Shown one piece after another: positions 41,908 through 51,355 of a stretch of DNA of 64,000 nucleotides. Below the pieces are notes generated by a model that searched no databases, was not told the origin of the DNA, and saw only the letters and a list, made by a program, of their open reading frames with translations. Within the stretch, counting starts at the first letter, position 1, and the number at the start of each line of letters is the position of its first letter. The translations under genes were made by a program, and so were the position numbers. Source of the DNA: an uncultured delta proteobacterium (GTDB lineage: Bacteria; Desulfobacterota; Binatia; DP-6); contig CAWFFN010000009.1 in NCBI GenBank assembly GCA_963815115.1, positions 1,632,001 through 1,696,000 of the forward strand, read 5' to 3'.

Positions 41908-42228
41908 ATGATCGGTTGGCTCGGCACCCTGGTCCTCGCCGCGACGCTGGAGATCGCCGGCGTCGCGGCGATGCGAAGCGGCCTCGTGCGCTCGGCGATC
42001 GCTCCGCTCCTGCTCGGCGGCTCGGCGCTCGTGGCGTACGGACTCGTCGTGAACTCGAATCGTCTGACGGACTTCGGCCGGTTGATGGGGACGTACATCG
42101 TCGTCTTCTTCCTGGTGAGCCAGCTGACGAGCGCCCTCGTCTTCGGCGAGCGGCCGGTGCCGAGCCTCGTGCTCGGCGGCGCGCTGATCGTCATCGGCGG
42201 TCTCGTGATCCAGCTCGGCGCGGCGTAG
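41908..42228 (+). CDS. Small 4-TM SMR/YnfA-like membrane protein
   Basis: LAATLE in TM1, FGRLMGTY and GGALIVIGG. Confidence 0.7.
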   Translation: MIGWLGTLVLAATLEIAGVAAMRSGLVRSAIAPLLLGGSALVAYGLVVNSNRLTDFGRLMGTYIVVFFLVSQLTSALVFGERPVPSLVLGGALIVIGGLVIQLGAA

Positions 42229-42279
42229 GCGCCGGAAGAGACGCGTGCGCGGTCTGGTTGCGCCCCGGCGGCGTTCGGG

Positions 42280-42308
42280 TTGACACCGATCGCTGGCGCG
42301 TCCAAAAA
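42280..42308 (+). promoter_or_regulatory. Candidate sigma-70 promoter for the mgtA operon
   Basis: Perfect TTGACA at 42280, 17-bp spacer, weak A-rich -10. Confidence 0.4.
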
Positions 42309-42309
42309 A

Positions 42310-42500
42310 GAGAAACGGAGTCCGTTCCAGTCCTTCGACTGATGGCGGTTCTCGGAGGTGTCCTTGGACAGTAGCGTTGATGGCAGTAGTGGCTGCGTAA
42401 GCAGTCACCCACGTCGGCCGGACGGCCGGCGGCTCGGACGCTGACACGCCATCAACGCCCCCGCCCGCCCGCGCCGTCCGGCGTTCGGCGGGTGCGCGTG
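42310..42500 (+). ncRNA. Structured 5' leader of mgtA (candidate riboswitch or attenuator with uORF)
   Basis: 11-bp stem 42374-84/42448-58 encloses a GNRA hairpin (GTGGCTGC-GTAA-GCAGTCAC) and GTCGGCC-GGAC-GGCCGGC; CAGTC-CTTC-GACTG; SD GGAGGT plus a 26-codon uORF at 42364-42444. Confidence 0.6.
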
Positions 42501-42674
42501 GCATCTCGTTCGCTCGCACTCCCCGCGACTTCTGGGTGATCGCGCGTTCCCGGCAGCGAGCCGGTCGTCGCTAGCCGGGGCAGCGCAGCACCGACACGCC
42601 CGCCCGGGCGTGGCGCGAGGGCGCTCGTCTGCGCGCCTTCGCGCCTCGGTTGCGCGCGGCGAAGGAGTGCGACC

Positions 42675-45389
42675 ATGGTCTCCAACAAGACGATCCCGAC
42701 CCGCGAGCGGACGCGCGTCCAGAAGTCACCGAAGTCACCGAGACGCCGCGAGCCGGCCCGCTGGATGCCGGGCGCTGCCTCGCCGCTTCTCCTGGAGGTG
42801 TCGGACGCGACGGTTCCGGCGGTGTTGCGTCTCCTCGAGGCGCACGAGAGCGGGCTGCCGGCATCCGACGTCGAGCCCCGCCTGGCCAGGTTCGGCCGCA
42901 ACGAGGTGGCCGCCGAGAAGCCGCCGGCATGGTACCGGATGCTGCTCCGGAACCTCCGGAACCCGTTCGTCGTGGTGCTGATGCTGCTGGGCGCCGTCTC
43001 CCTCACGACGGGCGACCTGCGGGCAGGCATCGTCGTCGGGGTGATGGTCGTCGTCAGCGTGCTCATGCGGTTCGTCTCCGAGTACCGCTCGACCCGCGCC
43101 GCCGAGGCCCTGCGGACCATGGTGCGGACGACGGCGACGGTGATCCGCCAGGTGGCCCGCGCGGAGTCCGACGGCACCATGCGGTTCCATGCCGAGAAGA
43201 CGGAGGTGCCGTTCGAGGCCCTCGTCCCCGGCGATCTGATCCACCTCTCGGCCGGCGATATGGTCCCCGCCGATCTCCGTCTGATCACCGCGAAGGACCT
43301 CTTCGTCAGCCAGTCTGCGCTGACCGGCGAGTCGATGCCGGTCGAGAAGACCGACACGGTCGCGGCCGCCGGCCGATCCCTCGATGCCCTGGGGCGACCC
43401 AACCTGTGCTTCATGGGCACGAGCGTCGTGAGCGGCTCGGGCCTGGGCCTCGCGGTGGCCACCGGGCGCCGCGCCTACTTCGGAGCGATGGCGTCCAGCG
43501 TGCTCGGCCGACGGAGCCTCACGAGCTTCGACCGAGGCGTCAACGCGGTGAGCTGGGTTCTGATCCGCTTCATGGCGGTCATGGTGCCCGTCGTCTTCCT
43601 CGTCAACGGGATGCTGAAGGGCGACTGGGTCGAGGCATTCCTGTTCGGGATCGCCGTCGCGGTGGGCCTCACCCCCGAGATGCTGCCGATGATCGTGACC
43701 GCGAACCTGGCGAAGGGCGCCTGGATGATAGCGAGGCACAAGTGCGTCGTGAAGCGGCTGAGCGCCATCCAGAACCTGGGCGCGATGGACGTCTGCTGCA
43801 CCGACAAGACCGGCACGCTGACCGAGGACAAGATCGTCCTCGAGCGCTACCTCGACCCCCACGGGCGAGACAGCAATCGCGTCCTCGAGCTGGCCTACCT
43901 GAACAGCTACTGGCAGACGGGGCTCAAGAACCTGCTCGATCGCGCGGTGCTCGAGCACGTGCAGCTGAACACGCAGCTCGACCTGCCGCGCGGTTACCGC
44001 AAGGTCGACGAGATCCCGTTCGACTTCGACCGCCGGCGGATGTCCGTGGTGGTCGCCCGGGCGGATGCGGCGGAGCACACGCTCATCTGCAAGGGCGCCG
44101 TCGAGGAACTCCTCAAGGTGTCCTCCCGCGTGGAGGAGGGCGGTCGGCTCGTTCCGCTGGCCGCAGAGAGCCGCCGCCGCGCCGAGAAGCTCGCCCGCCG
44201 GCTCAACATGGAGGGGCTGCGGGTGATCGCGGTCGGCTCTCGCGTCTTCGGTGCGCAGCGGACCGCGTACGGCGTCGCGGACGAGAGCGACCTCGTCCTG
44301 GCGGGGTTCATTGCCTTCCTCGACCCGCCGAAGCAGACCGCCGCACCGGCCATCCGGGCGCTCCGCGAGCACGGGGTCGCGGTGAAGGTCATCACCGGCG
44401 ACAACGACATCGTCACCCGGCGGGTCTGCCGGCTGGTCGGCCTGGAGATCGAGCGGCTGCTCCTGGGCCCCGAGGTCGAGATGCTGGACGACGACGACCT
44501 CGCGGCCGCGGCCGAGCAGGTGACCGTCTTCGCCAAGGTGGCCCCGATGCAGAAGGCCCGCATCATCCGGGCGCTGCAGCGCACCGGCCACACGGTCGGC
44601 TATCTCGGTGACGGCATCAACGACGCCGCAGCGCTGCGCGACGCCGACGTGGGCATCTCCGTCGACACCGCCGCGGACATCGCGAGGGAGTCGGCCGACA
44701 TCATCATGCTCGAGAAGAGCCTGCTGGTCCTCGCGGACGGGATCGCGAAGGGCCGCGAGGTGTACGGCAACATCATCAAGTACATCAAGATGACGGCCAG
44801 CAGTAACTTCGGGAACGTCTTCTCGGTGCTCGTCGCGAGCGCGCTTCTCCCGTTCCTGCCAATGCTGCCGATCCACCTGTTGATCCAGAACCTGCTCTAC
44901 GACTTCTCGCAGCTCGCGATCCCGTGGGACCGGATGGACGCGGAGTTCCTGGCACGGCCCCGGCGGTGGGACCCGAGCGGCATCGCGCGCTTCATGCTCT
45001 GCATGGGTCCGGTGTCGTCCGTCTTCGACGTCCTCACGTTCGTCGTGCTGTGGTTCGTCTTCCACGCGACCTCGCCGGCGCAGCAGTCCCTGTTTCAGTC
45101 GGGGTGGTTCGTCGAGGGCCTGCTGACGCAGACGCTCATCGTGCACGTCATCCGGACGCGGAAGGTGCCCTTCGTCGAGAGCCGGGCGTCGCTGCCCGTG
45201 ATGGTCACCACGGCCGCCGTCATGGCGGTCGGCGTCTGTGTTCCCTTCACGCCGTTCGGGCACGCCGTCGGGCTGGTGTCATTGCCCGGTGCCTACTTTC
45301 CGTGGCTCGGCGCGCTCCTTCTCGGGTACTGCCTGCTGGCCCAGGCGGTGAAGCGCTGGTACACGGCCCGATCCGACACCTGGCTGTGA
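42675..45389 (+). CDS. mgtA: Magnesium-translocating P-type ATPase
   Basis: LTGES, GLTPEMLP, DKTGTLT, YLNSYWQTGLKNLLD, PFDFDRRRMSV, SSNFGN and NLLYD. Confidence 0.96.
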   Translation: MVSNKTIPTRERTRVQKSPKSPRRREPARWMPGAASPLLLEVSDATVPAVLRLLEAHESGLPASDVEPRLARFGRNEVAAEKPPAWYRMLLRNLRNPFVVVLMLLGAVSLTTGDLRAGIVVGVMVVVSVLMRFVSEYRSTRAAEALRTMVRTTATVIRQVARAESDGTMRFHAEKTEVPFEALVPGDLIHLSAGDMVPADLRLITAKDLFVSQSALTGESMPVEKTDTVAAAGRSLDALGRPNLCFMGTSVVSGSGLGLAVATGRRAYFGAMASSVLGRRSLTSFDRGVNAVSWVLIRFMAVMVPVVFLVNGMLKGDWVEAFLFGIAVAVGLTPEMLPMIVTANLAKGAWMIARHKCVVKRLSAIQNLGAMDVCCTDKTGTLTEDKIVLERYLDPHGRDSNRVLELAYLNSYWQTGLKNLLDRAVLEHVQLNTQLDLPRGYRKVDEIPFDFDRRRMSVVVARADAAEHTLICKGAVEELLKVSSRVEEGGRLVPLAAESRRRAEKLARRLNMEGLRVIAVGSRVFGAQRTAYGVADESDLVLAGFIAFLDPPKQTAAPAIRALREHGVAVKVITGDNDIVTRRVCRLVGLEIERLLLGPEVEMLDDDDLAAAAEQVTVFAKVAPMQKARIIRALQRTGHTVGYLGDGINDAAALRDADVGISVDTAADIARESADIIMLEKSLLVLADGIAKGREVYGNIIKYIKMTASSNFGNVFSVLVASALLPFLPMLPIHLLIQNLLYDFSQLAIPWDRMDAEFLARPRRWDPSGIARFMLCMGPVSSVFDVLTFVVLWFVFHATSPAQQSLFQSGWFVEGLLTQTLIVHVIRTRKVPFVESRASLPVMVTTAAVMAVGVCVPFTPFGHAVGLVSLPGAYFPWLGALLLGYCLLAQAVKRWYTARSDTWL

Positions 45390-45417
45390 CGAGCAACATC
45401 CAGGAAAGGAGGAGCCC

Positions 45418-46131
45418 ATGGCCTGGCAGGTGTTCATGCTGCGGGTGGGCGTCGCGGCGCTCCTGGGCGCGGTGATCGGTCTCGAGCGCCAGGTTCGACA
45501 GCGCCTCGCGGGTCTCCGTACCAACGCCCTGGTCTCGATCGGCGCGGCGGCGTTCGTCGCCCTGGCGGCCGCCACGCCGGCCGAGAGCAGCCCCACCCGG
45601 GTGGCCGCCCAGGTGGTCTCGGGGATCGGGTTCCTTGGGGCGGGCGTGATCTTCCGCGAGGGGCTGACCGTACGCGGGTTCAACACCGCGGCGACCCTGT
45701 GGTGCTCCGGCGCCGTCGGCTCGCTCGCGGGATCCGGGATGTACGGCTCCGGGGGAATCACGGCCGTGCTGGCGTTGCTGGCGAATACGCTCCTGCGGCC
45801 GGTGGCGCGCCGCCTCGACCGGGACCCCACGGCCGCGACGGAGGTCGAGGTGCGCTATCGCATCGCCGCCACCTGCGTCGAGGCTGATGAGCCACACATC
45901 CGCAGCCTGCTGCTGCAGGGCGTGATGCACGCGGCCCTGGTCCTCCAGAGCATCCGGAGCACCACGCTCGTCGGCGAGGGGGGCGAGCCCGCGCGGGCCC
46001 GCGTGCGTGCGGAGGTCGTGACCGAGGGGCGGAGCGACCGCGCCATCGAGCAGGTCGTGGGGCGGCTCAGCCTCGAGCCTGGCGTGTCCGAGGCGTCGTG
46101 GCGGATCGCCGATCCGGCCGTCACCGATTGA
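45418..46131 (+). CDS. mgtC: MgtC/SapB family protein with ACT-like C-domain
   Basis: IGLERQ..AGLRTNALV, RVAAQVVSGIGFLGAG and NTAATLW. Confidence 0.93.
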   Translation: MAWQVFMLRVGVAALLGAVIGLERQVRQRLAGLRTNALVSIGAAAFVALAAATPAESSPTRVAAQVVSGIGFLGAGVIFREGLTVRGFNTAATLWCSGAVGSLAGSGMYGSGGITAVLALLANTLLRPVARRLDRDPTAATEVEVRYRIAATCVEADEPHIRSLLLQGVMHAALVLQSIRSTTLVGEGGEPARARVRAEVVTEGRSDRAIEQVVGRLSLEPGVSEASWRIADPAVTD

Positions 46132-46142
46132 TCGGAGGAGTC

Positions 46143-47267
46143 ATGCCGACCGCGCAAGACATCGAGCGGTACCGGAAGAACTGGCAGGACGAGATCGACA
46201 GCGCGGCGCGCTACCACGCCATGGCCGACGTCGAGGGCCGCGCGGGCGTGGCCACGGTCTATCGCGACCTGGCTGCCATGGAGGAGGAGCACGCCGCCTT
46301 CTGGGAGCAGCGGCTGACCGACGCCGGCGCTCCTGCCGGCCCGCGGCGGATCGGATGGCGTACACGCGTGCTGGTGTTGCTGGCGAGCCACTTCGGGGCC
46401 GGGCTGGTGCTGCCAACGATCGCCGCTGCCGAGCATCGCGACCGGAACGACTACCGCGGGCAGGCCGAGACGGGCGGCACGCGCATGGCGGCCCAGGAGC
46501 GCAACCATGCTCGCATTCTCGGGGCGCTGGTCTCGGGCACCTCAGGGGTCGACGGAGGATCCCTCGCCCAGATCGAGGGGCGGCACCGCAACGTGGGCGG
46601 CAACGCGGTGCGGGCGGCGGTGCTCGGAGCCAATGACGGGCTGTGCTCGAACCTCAGCCTGGTGACGGGTGTGGCCGGAGCGGCTCCGAGCGGACGCGCC
46701 GTGCTGCTCGCGGGCATCGCCGGTCTCGTCGCCGGGGCCTTCTCGATGGCCCTCGGGGAGTGGGTCAGTGTGACCAGTGCGCGCGAGCTGGCGGAGCGCG
46801 AGGTGGCGACTGAGCGGGACGAGATCGAGGCGACGCCCGAGGACGAGCGCGAGGAGCTACAGCTCATCTACGAAGCGAAAGGACTGGATCCGGCCGAGGC
46901 GGAACAGCTCAGTCGCGAGCTGCTGGCACGGCCGCGCGCGGCGCTCGAGGTCCTGACCCGCGAGGAGCTCGGCATCGACCCGGGCGACCTTGGCGGTTCG
47001 CCCTGGACGGCCGCCGGCACGTCATTCGTGCTCTTCGCGGTTGGCGCTGTCGTCCCGGTCCTGCCCCTCGTGTTCGTCAGCGGCTGGACCGCGGTCGGCG
47101 TCAGTGTCAGTGTCAGCGCGCTGGCGCTGTTTGGCATCGGGGCGGCGATCACCGTCCTGACGGGGCGCTCGGTGTGGCGCACCGGGCTGCGGCAGATGGT
47201 GCTCGGCCTGGCAGCCGCGGGAAGCACCTTCGTCATCGGCCGCCTTGTCGGCGTTGCGATCGGCTGA
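46143..47267 (+). CDS. VIT1/CCC1 transporter with N-terminal rubrerythrin/ferritin-like domain
   Basis: DEIDSA..Y..EEEHA..ERNH diiron-like motifs; AAVLGANDGL and SMALGEWVSV. Confidence 0.9.
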   Translation: MPTAQDIERYRKNWQDEIDSAARYHAMADVEGRAGVATVYRDLAAMEEEHAAFWEQRLTDAGAPAGPRRIGWRTRVLVLLASHFGAGLVLPTIAAAEHRDRNDYRGQAETGGTRMAAQERNHARILGALVSGTSGVDGGSLAQIEGRHRNVGGNAVRAAVLGANDGLCSNLSLVTGVAGAAPSGRAVLLAGIAGLVAGAFSMALGEWVSVTSARELAEREVATERDEIEATPEDEREELQLIYEAKGLDPAEAEQLSRELLARPRAALEVLTREELGIDPGDLGGSPWTAAGTSFVLFAVGAVVPVLPLVFVSGWTAVGVSVSVSALALFGIGAAITVLTGRSVWRTGLRQMVLGLAAAGSTFVIGRLVGVAIG

Positions 47268-47298
47268 TGGACGGACAGCGAGGTGTGTGGTCGTGGTA

Positions 47299-49500
47299 AT
47301 GACGCGTCGATCCGTAACACTCAGGGTCGCGCAGCTCGCGTGCCTGCTCTGCCAGGTGGCGAACGCGTCGGGCGCGTTCACGCTCCCCGCGTCGTCCTGG
47401 TTCCATCTGGTCGGCGGCCAAGTGCCCGAGGTCCGGCAGGTCGAGCCGCCGTTCCACGGCGACTACCAGTTGATCGCCGATACCGGGCACAACCGGGCGG
47501 GCGATCCGGCATCCGTCGTCTCAGCCGGCGCGGCGGTCGACATGCCTCCCGAGATGCCACCCCAGGCGTCCGCCAGCCAGAGTTTCGATTGGAGCGGATG
47601 GTACGCGGGCGGCCGTCTCGGCTTCGCTACCGGTTCTTCGAATTGGTCGGCGACGCCAGGCGGGGCGCACGCGCCGGCCCCGAGCGGCTCCCTCGGTCTT
47701 TCCAACCCGATCCACTTTTCCGATGGGACGGGAAGCTACGTCGGCGGATTGCAATTCGGCTACGACAAAGTGCTGCCCTCGCGCGTCCTCCTGGGCCTCG
47801 AGGCGGATGCCATGCTGCCCAACACGGTTTCCGGAACGCAGACGTTCTCCTCGCCGCTCGTCGGACGGGCGAGCTACAAGGACACCGTGCTGGCGTCGGG
47901 CAGCGTACGCGGCCGCCTGGGCTACGTGCTCGATCCCTGGTTGCTGTATGGAACGGGCGGGTTTGCCTGGGCCTACGACCAGCTGACGCGCAGCCGATTC
48001 GCCGGGCCCGCGACGGTCGAGAACGAGACGCTCTGGCGACCCGGCTGGACTCTGGGAGCCGGGGTCGGCGTCCCGATCGGCGGGCAATGGAGCGCAGCGC
48101 TCGAGTACCAGTACAGCAACTTCGGTAGCGGCCACGTGACCTTTCCCTCACCGGCGCAGACCTTCGCCTCCGACCTCACCCTGCACAGTGTCCAGCTGCG
48201 CCTCGACTACCACATCGGCGGCGATGCAGGGCTCGCGGATCTCGGCGCGGGACCGACGCCGCTGGACCTCGATTGGCTCGCGCTGCACGGGCAAACGACT
48301 TTCCTCGGCCAGTATGCGTTCCCGTTTCACGCGCCCTACCGCGGCCGGAACAGCCTCCGTCCGAATCAGGGCCGCGAGACCTGGGACGTCACGCTCTATG
48401 CCGGCATCCGGCTCTGGGAAGGCGCCGAGTTCTGGGTCAACCCGGAGATCGATCAGGGATTCGGGCTCAGCAACACCCTCGGCCTCGCCGGGTTCCCGAG
48501 CGGGGAAGCGTACAAGGTCGGCGCCCGTGCTCCCTATGTCCGTGTGCCCCGGTTCTTTCTCCGGCAGGTGGTCGAGCTCGGTGGCGGGACGAAGGAAGTC
48601 GCAGCCGGCATCAATCAGTTCCCCGCGACGACCACGGCCAACCGCGTGGTGCTGACCGTGGGCAAGTTCGGCGTCCCCGACATCTTCGATGCCAATCGGT
48701 TCGCGCACGATCCGAGGCTCGACTTCATGAACTGGGCGCTCGTCGACACCGGGTCGTTCGACTACGCCGCCGACGCGTGGGGTTACACCTACGGTGCAGC
48801 GGCGGAGTGGTATCAAGGTCCGTGGACGGTGCGCGGCGGCGGTTTCGATCTGTCGATCGTGCCGAACAGCACGACACTCGATCCCTCGTTCGGTCAGTTC
48901 CAGCTCGTCGGAGAGATCGAGCGCCGGTTCGAGATCTGGAGCGAGCCGGGCAAGGTCACCGTCATGCCCTGGCTCAGCCGCGGCCGCATGGGCACCTACA
49001 CGGCCGCCGTCCGATTGGCCGAGCTCACCGGGCAGCCGGCGGACATCGCCGCCGTCCGCCGCTACAGGAGCCGCTGGGGGCTGGCCGCGAACCTCGAGCA
49101 GCAGGTGACGCCCGACTGGGGGCTGTTTCTCCGAACCGGATTCGCCAGCCCCAACGTGGAGCCCTACGAGTTCACCGACATCGACCGGACGGTGGCGGTC
49201 GGTGCCCAGCTCACCGGCCGCCGGTGGCAACGTCCCGACGACACCGTTGGCTTTGCCGGGATCCTCAACGACATCTCGGGGCGACACGAGGCGTTCCTGA
49301 ACGCGGGCGGTCTCGGCATCCTGATCGGAGACGGCCGATTGCCGCACCCTGGTCTCGAGCAGATCCTCGAGACCTACTACTCGATCGCCCTCAGGGCCTG
49401 GCGGATCACCTTCGACTATCAGTTCTTCAACAATCCCGCCTACAACCGTGACCGTGGCCCGGTGTCGGTGCTGGGACTTCGGCTGCACGGTCAGTTCTGA
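47299..49500 (+). CDS. Outer-membrane porin: OMP beta-barrel fused to OprB-like barrel (MnoP-like high-affinity Mn2+ porin)
   Basis: FDWSGWYAGG..GSVRGRLGY N-domain; GQTT..PFHAPY.G.NSL and NPEIDQGFGLS..AGFPSGEAYKVG; terminal Phe. Confidence 0.82.
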   Translation: MTRRSVTLRVAQLACLLCQVANASGAFTLPASSWFHLVGGQVPEVRQVEPPFHGDYQLIADTGHNRAGDPASVVSAGAAVDMPPEMPPQASASQSFDWSGWYAGGRLGFATGSSNWSATPGGAHAPAPSGSLGLSNPIHFSDGTGSYVGGLQFGYDKVLPSRVLLGLEADAMLPNTVSGTQTFSSPLVGRASYKDTVLASGSVRGRLGYVLDPWLLYGTGGFAWAYDQLTRSRFAGPATVENETLWRPGWTLGAGVGVPIGGQWSAALEYQYSNFGSGHVTFPSPAQTFASDLTLHSVQLRLDYHIGGDAGLADLGAGPTPLDLDWLALHGQTTFLGQYAFPFHAPYRGRNSLRPNQGRETWDVTLYAGIRLWEGAEFWVNPEIDQGFGLSNTLGLAGFPSGEAYKVGARAPYVRVPRFFLRQVVELGGGTKEVAAGINQFPATTTANRVVLTVGKFGVPDIFDANRFAHDPRLDFMNWALVDTGSFDYAADAWGYTYGAAAEWYQGPWTVRGGGFDLSIVPNSTTLDPSFGQFQLVGEIERRFEIWSEPGKVTVMPWLSRGRMGTYTAAVRLAELTGQPADIAAVRRYRSRWGLAANLEQQVTPDWGLFLRTGFASPNVEPYEFTDIDRTVAVGAQLTGRRWQRPDDTVGFAGILNDISGRHEAFLNAGGLGILIGDGRLPHPGLEQILETYYSIALRAWRITFDYQFFNNPAYNRDRGPVSVLGLRLHGQF

Positions 49501-49582
49501 GGTTCACCCGGGTCAGACCCCTCTGGCCGTTCGAGCGCGCAGGGCGCGTCCGGCCACGCTGGACCGTGCGGCCGGGATTCCA

Positions 49583-51331
49583 CTACCGGTTCAGGCTGAA
49601 GCGCTCGTCGGCGAGCCGGTAGAGCCGCCGCCACACGTTGCGGTTGATCACGACCAGCGCGAGCGACATCGTCAGCACCCCGGCGGCGAGGAGCGCGAAG
49701 TTCGCGGACTCCGACGCCTGCGTGATGAGGGATCCGAGGCCCGGCGCGACGAGCGTCCGCCCGCCGTAGTGGACGTACTCCGCGACGATGCTCGCGTTCC
49801 ACGCCCCGCCGGCCGCCGTGATCAGCCCGGTGACCAGGTGCGGGAAGATCGCCGGCAGATAGAGCGTGCGCCACCGGCGCCAGCCGCCGAGACCGTAGGT
49901 GTCCGCTGCCTCGCGCAGGTCCTGCGGCATGGCGCTGGCTCCGGCGAGGACGTTGAAGAGGATGTACCACTGCGCGCCGAGGAGCATGAGCGCGACGCAG
50001 CCCCACGAGAACGGGATCCCGGCCGCGAGGAGTGCCATGGTGACGAGCGGGTACAGCATGGGAGCGGGAAAGGCGGCCGCCACCTGGACCGGCTGCTGGA
50101 ACAGGCGTGCGCGACGAGGTGAGATGCCGATCCACACGCCCACCGGGACGGCCCACGCGGCGCCGAGCACGAGCGTGGCGCTGGTGCGCAGAAAGGTGAG
50201 GCCGAGCGCGCCGACGAGGGCCAGCCACTCGCGCGGCCGCAGCGCGGCGACCAGCAGGGCCAGGTGCGCGGTTCCCCATCCGGCAAGCACCAGCGCCGCG
50301 ATCGCGACCGACCATCCAGCGAGGGAGGTGATCCGGCGGCGCAGGCGTGCGTCGCCTCCACCGGGCGCCGCCGTCCGGCGGGGCCGCGACGCCGTGAGCA
50401 GCCGTCCCGCCTCACGCTCGATCCAGGCGAGCATCCGCGAGCGGCGCAGCAGATCGAGCAGGAACGAGCGCGGCACGTCCGCCGCCGCCGTCTCCTCGAC
50501 CTTGAACTTCTGTGCCCACGCCAGCGCGGGGCGCCAGACGAGCTGGTCGACGGAGACGATCATGATGATCATGGCGACGACGGCGTAGGCCATCGCGCGC
50601 CGGTCCCCGCGATCGATGGCCACCGCCATGTACGCGCCGATGCCGGGAAGACGGAAGTCCCGGGAACCGAGGGTGAACGCTTCGGTGACCGTCAGGAAGA
50701 ACCACCCGCCGGCCATCGACATCATCGAGTTCCAGATCAGCCCGATCGTGGCCGACGGCAGCTCGAGCGTGCGGAACGTCTTCCACCAGCCGAACCCGTT
50801 GATCCGCGCCACGTCCCGGAAGTCGCTCGGGATGCCTCGCAGCGAGCCGTAGAAGGAGAAGGTCATGTTCCACACCTGGCCGGTGAAGACGAGAAGCACG
50901 GACGCGAGCTCGAGCCCGATGTTCGAGTTCGGGAAGAGTGCGACCAGGCCGAGCACGAGCCCGGGCAGGAAGCCGAGGACGGGGATGCCCTGGAGAATGT
51001 CGATGACGGGGATCATCACCCGCTCCGCCCGCCGGTTGTGCGCGGCGATGGTCCCGTAGACGAGCGTGAACGTCAGGGAGATGACGTAGGCGATCACGCC
51101 GCGGGCGAGCGAGAGCGCGGTGTAGAGGGGGAGGGCCGACGCGGAGAGATCGATCTCCACCGACTGGCGGAGCGGTGCGTTCCAGCGGTGGGCCAGCGAC
51201 ACGACGCCGCCGATCAACGCCCCGAGTCCGAGCAGGACGACGGCGTCGACCCACCACTCGTGGGCGGGAGTCGGCGCCCCGGCACGGGGGTTGGCCGGGG
51301 GCGCGGGCAGGAGGGTCGGCGTGGGAGCCAT
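49583..51331 (-). CDS. NitT/TauT-family ABC permease (two fused TMDs)
   Basis: DILQGIPVLGF, WNSMMSMAGGWFFL, GAQWYILFNVLAG and GGAWNASIVAE. Confidence 0.9.
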   Translation of the reverse strand: MAPTPTLLPAPPANPRAGAPTPAHEWWVDAVVLLGLGALIGGVVSLAHRWNAPLRQSVEIDLSASALPLYTALSLARGVIAYVISLTFTLVYGTIAAHNRRAERVMIPVIDILQGIPVLGFLPGLVLGLVALFPNSNIGLELASVLLVFTGQVWNMTFSFYGSLRGIPSDFRDVARINGFGWWKTFRTLELPSATIGLIWNSMMSMAGGWFFLTVTEAFTLGSRDFRLPGIGAYMAVAIDRGDRRAMAYAVVAMIIMIVSVDQLVWRPALAWAQKFKVEETAAADVPRSFLLDLLRRSRMLAWIEREAGRLLTASRPRRTAAPGGGDARLRRRITSLAGWSVAIAALVLAGWGTAHLALLVAALRPREWLALVGALGLTFLRTSATLVLGAAWAVPVGVWIGISPRRARLFQQPVQVAAAFPAPMLYPLVTMALLAAGIPFSWGCVALMLLGAQWYILFNVLAGASAMPQDLREAADTYGLGGWRRWRTLYLPAIFPHLVTGLITAAGGAWNASIVAEYVHYGGRTLVAPGLGSLITQASESANFALLAAGVLTMSLALVVINRNVWRRLYRLADERFSLNR

Positions 51332-51355
51332 GCACCCCGGGACTTGGCAGTTCGC

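Noticed and set aside
42310-42674. M-box (ykoK) riboswitch
   Set aside because: Lacks AGGTGAGGC and GCTAAAGC landmarks; reported instead as an unclassified structured leader.
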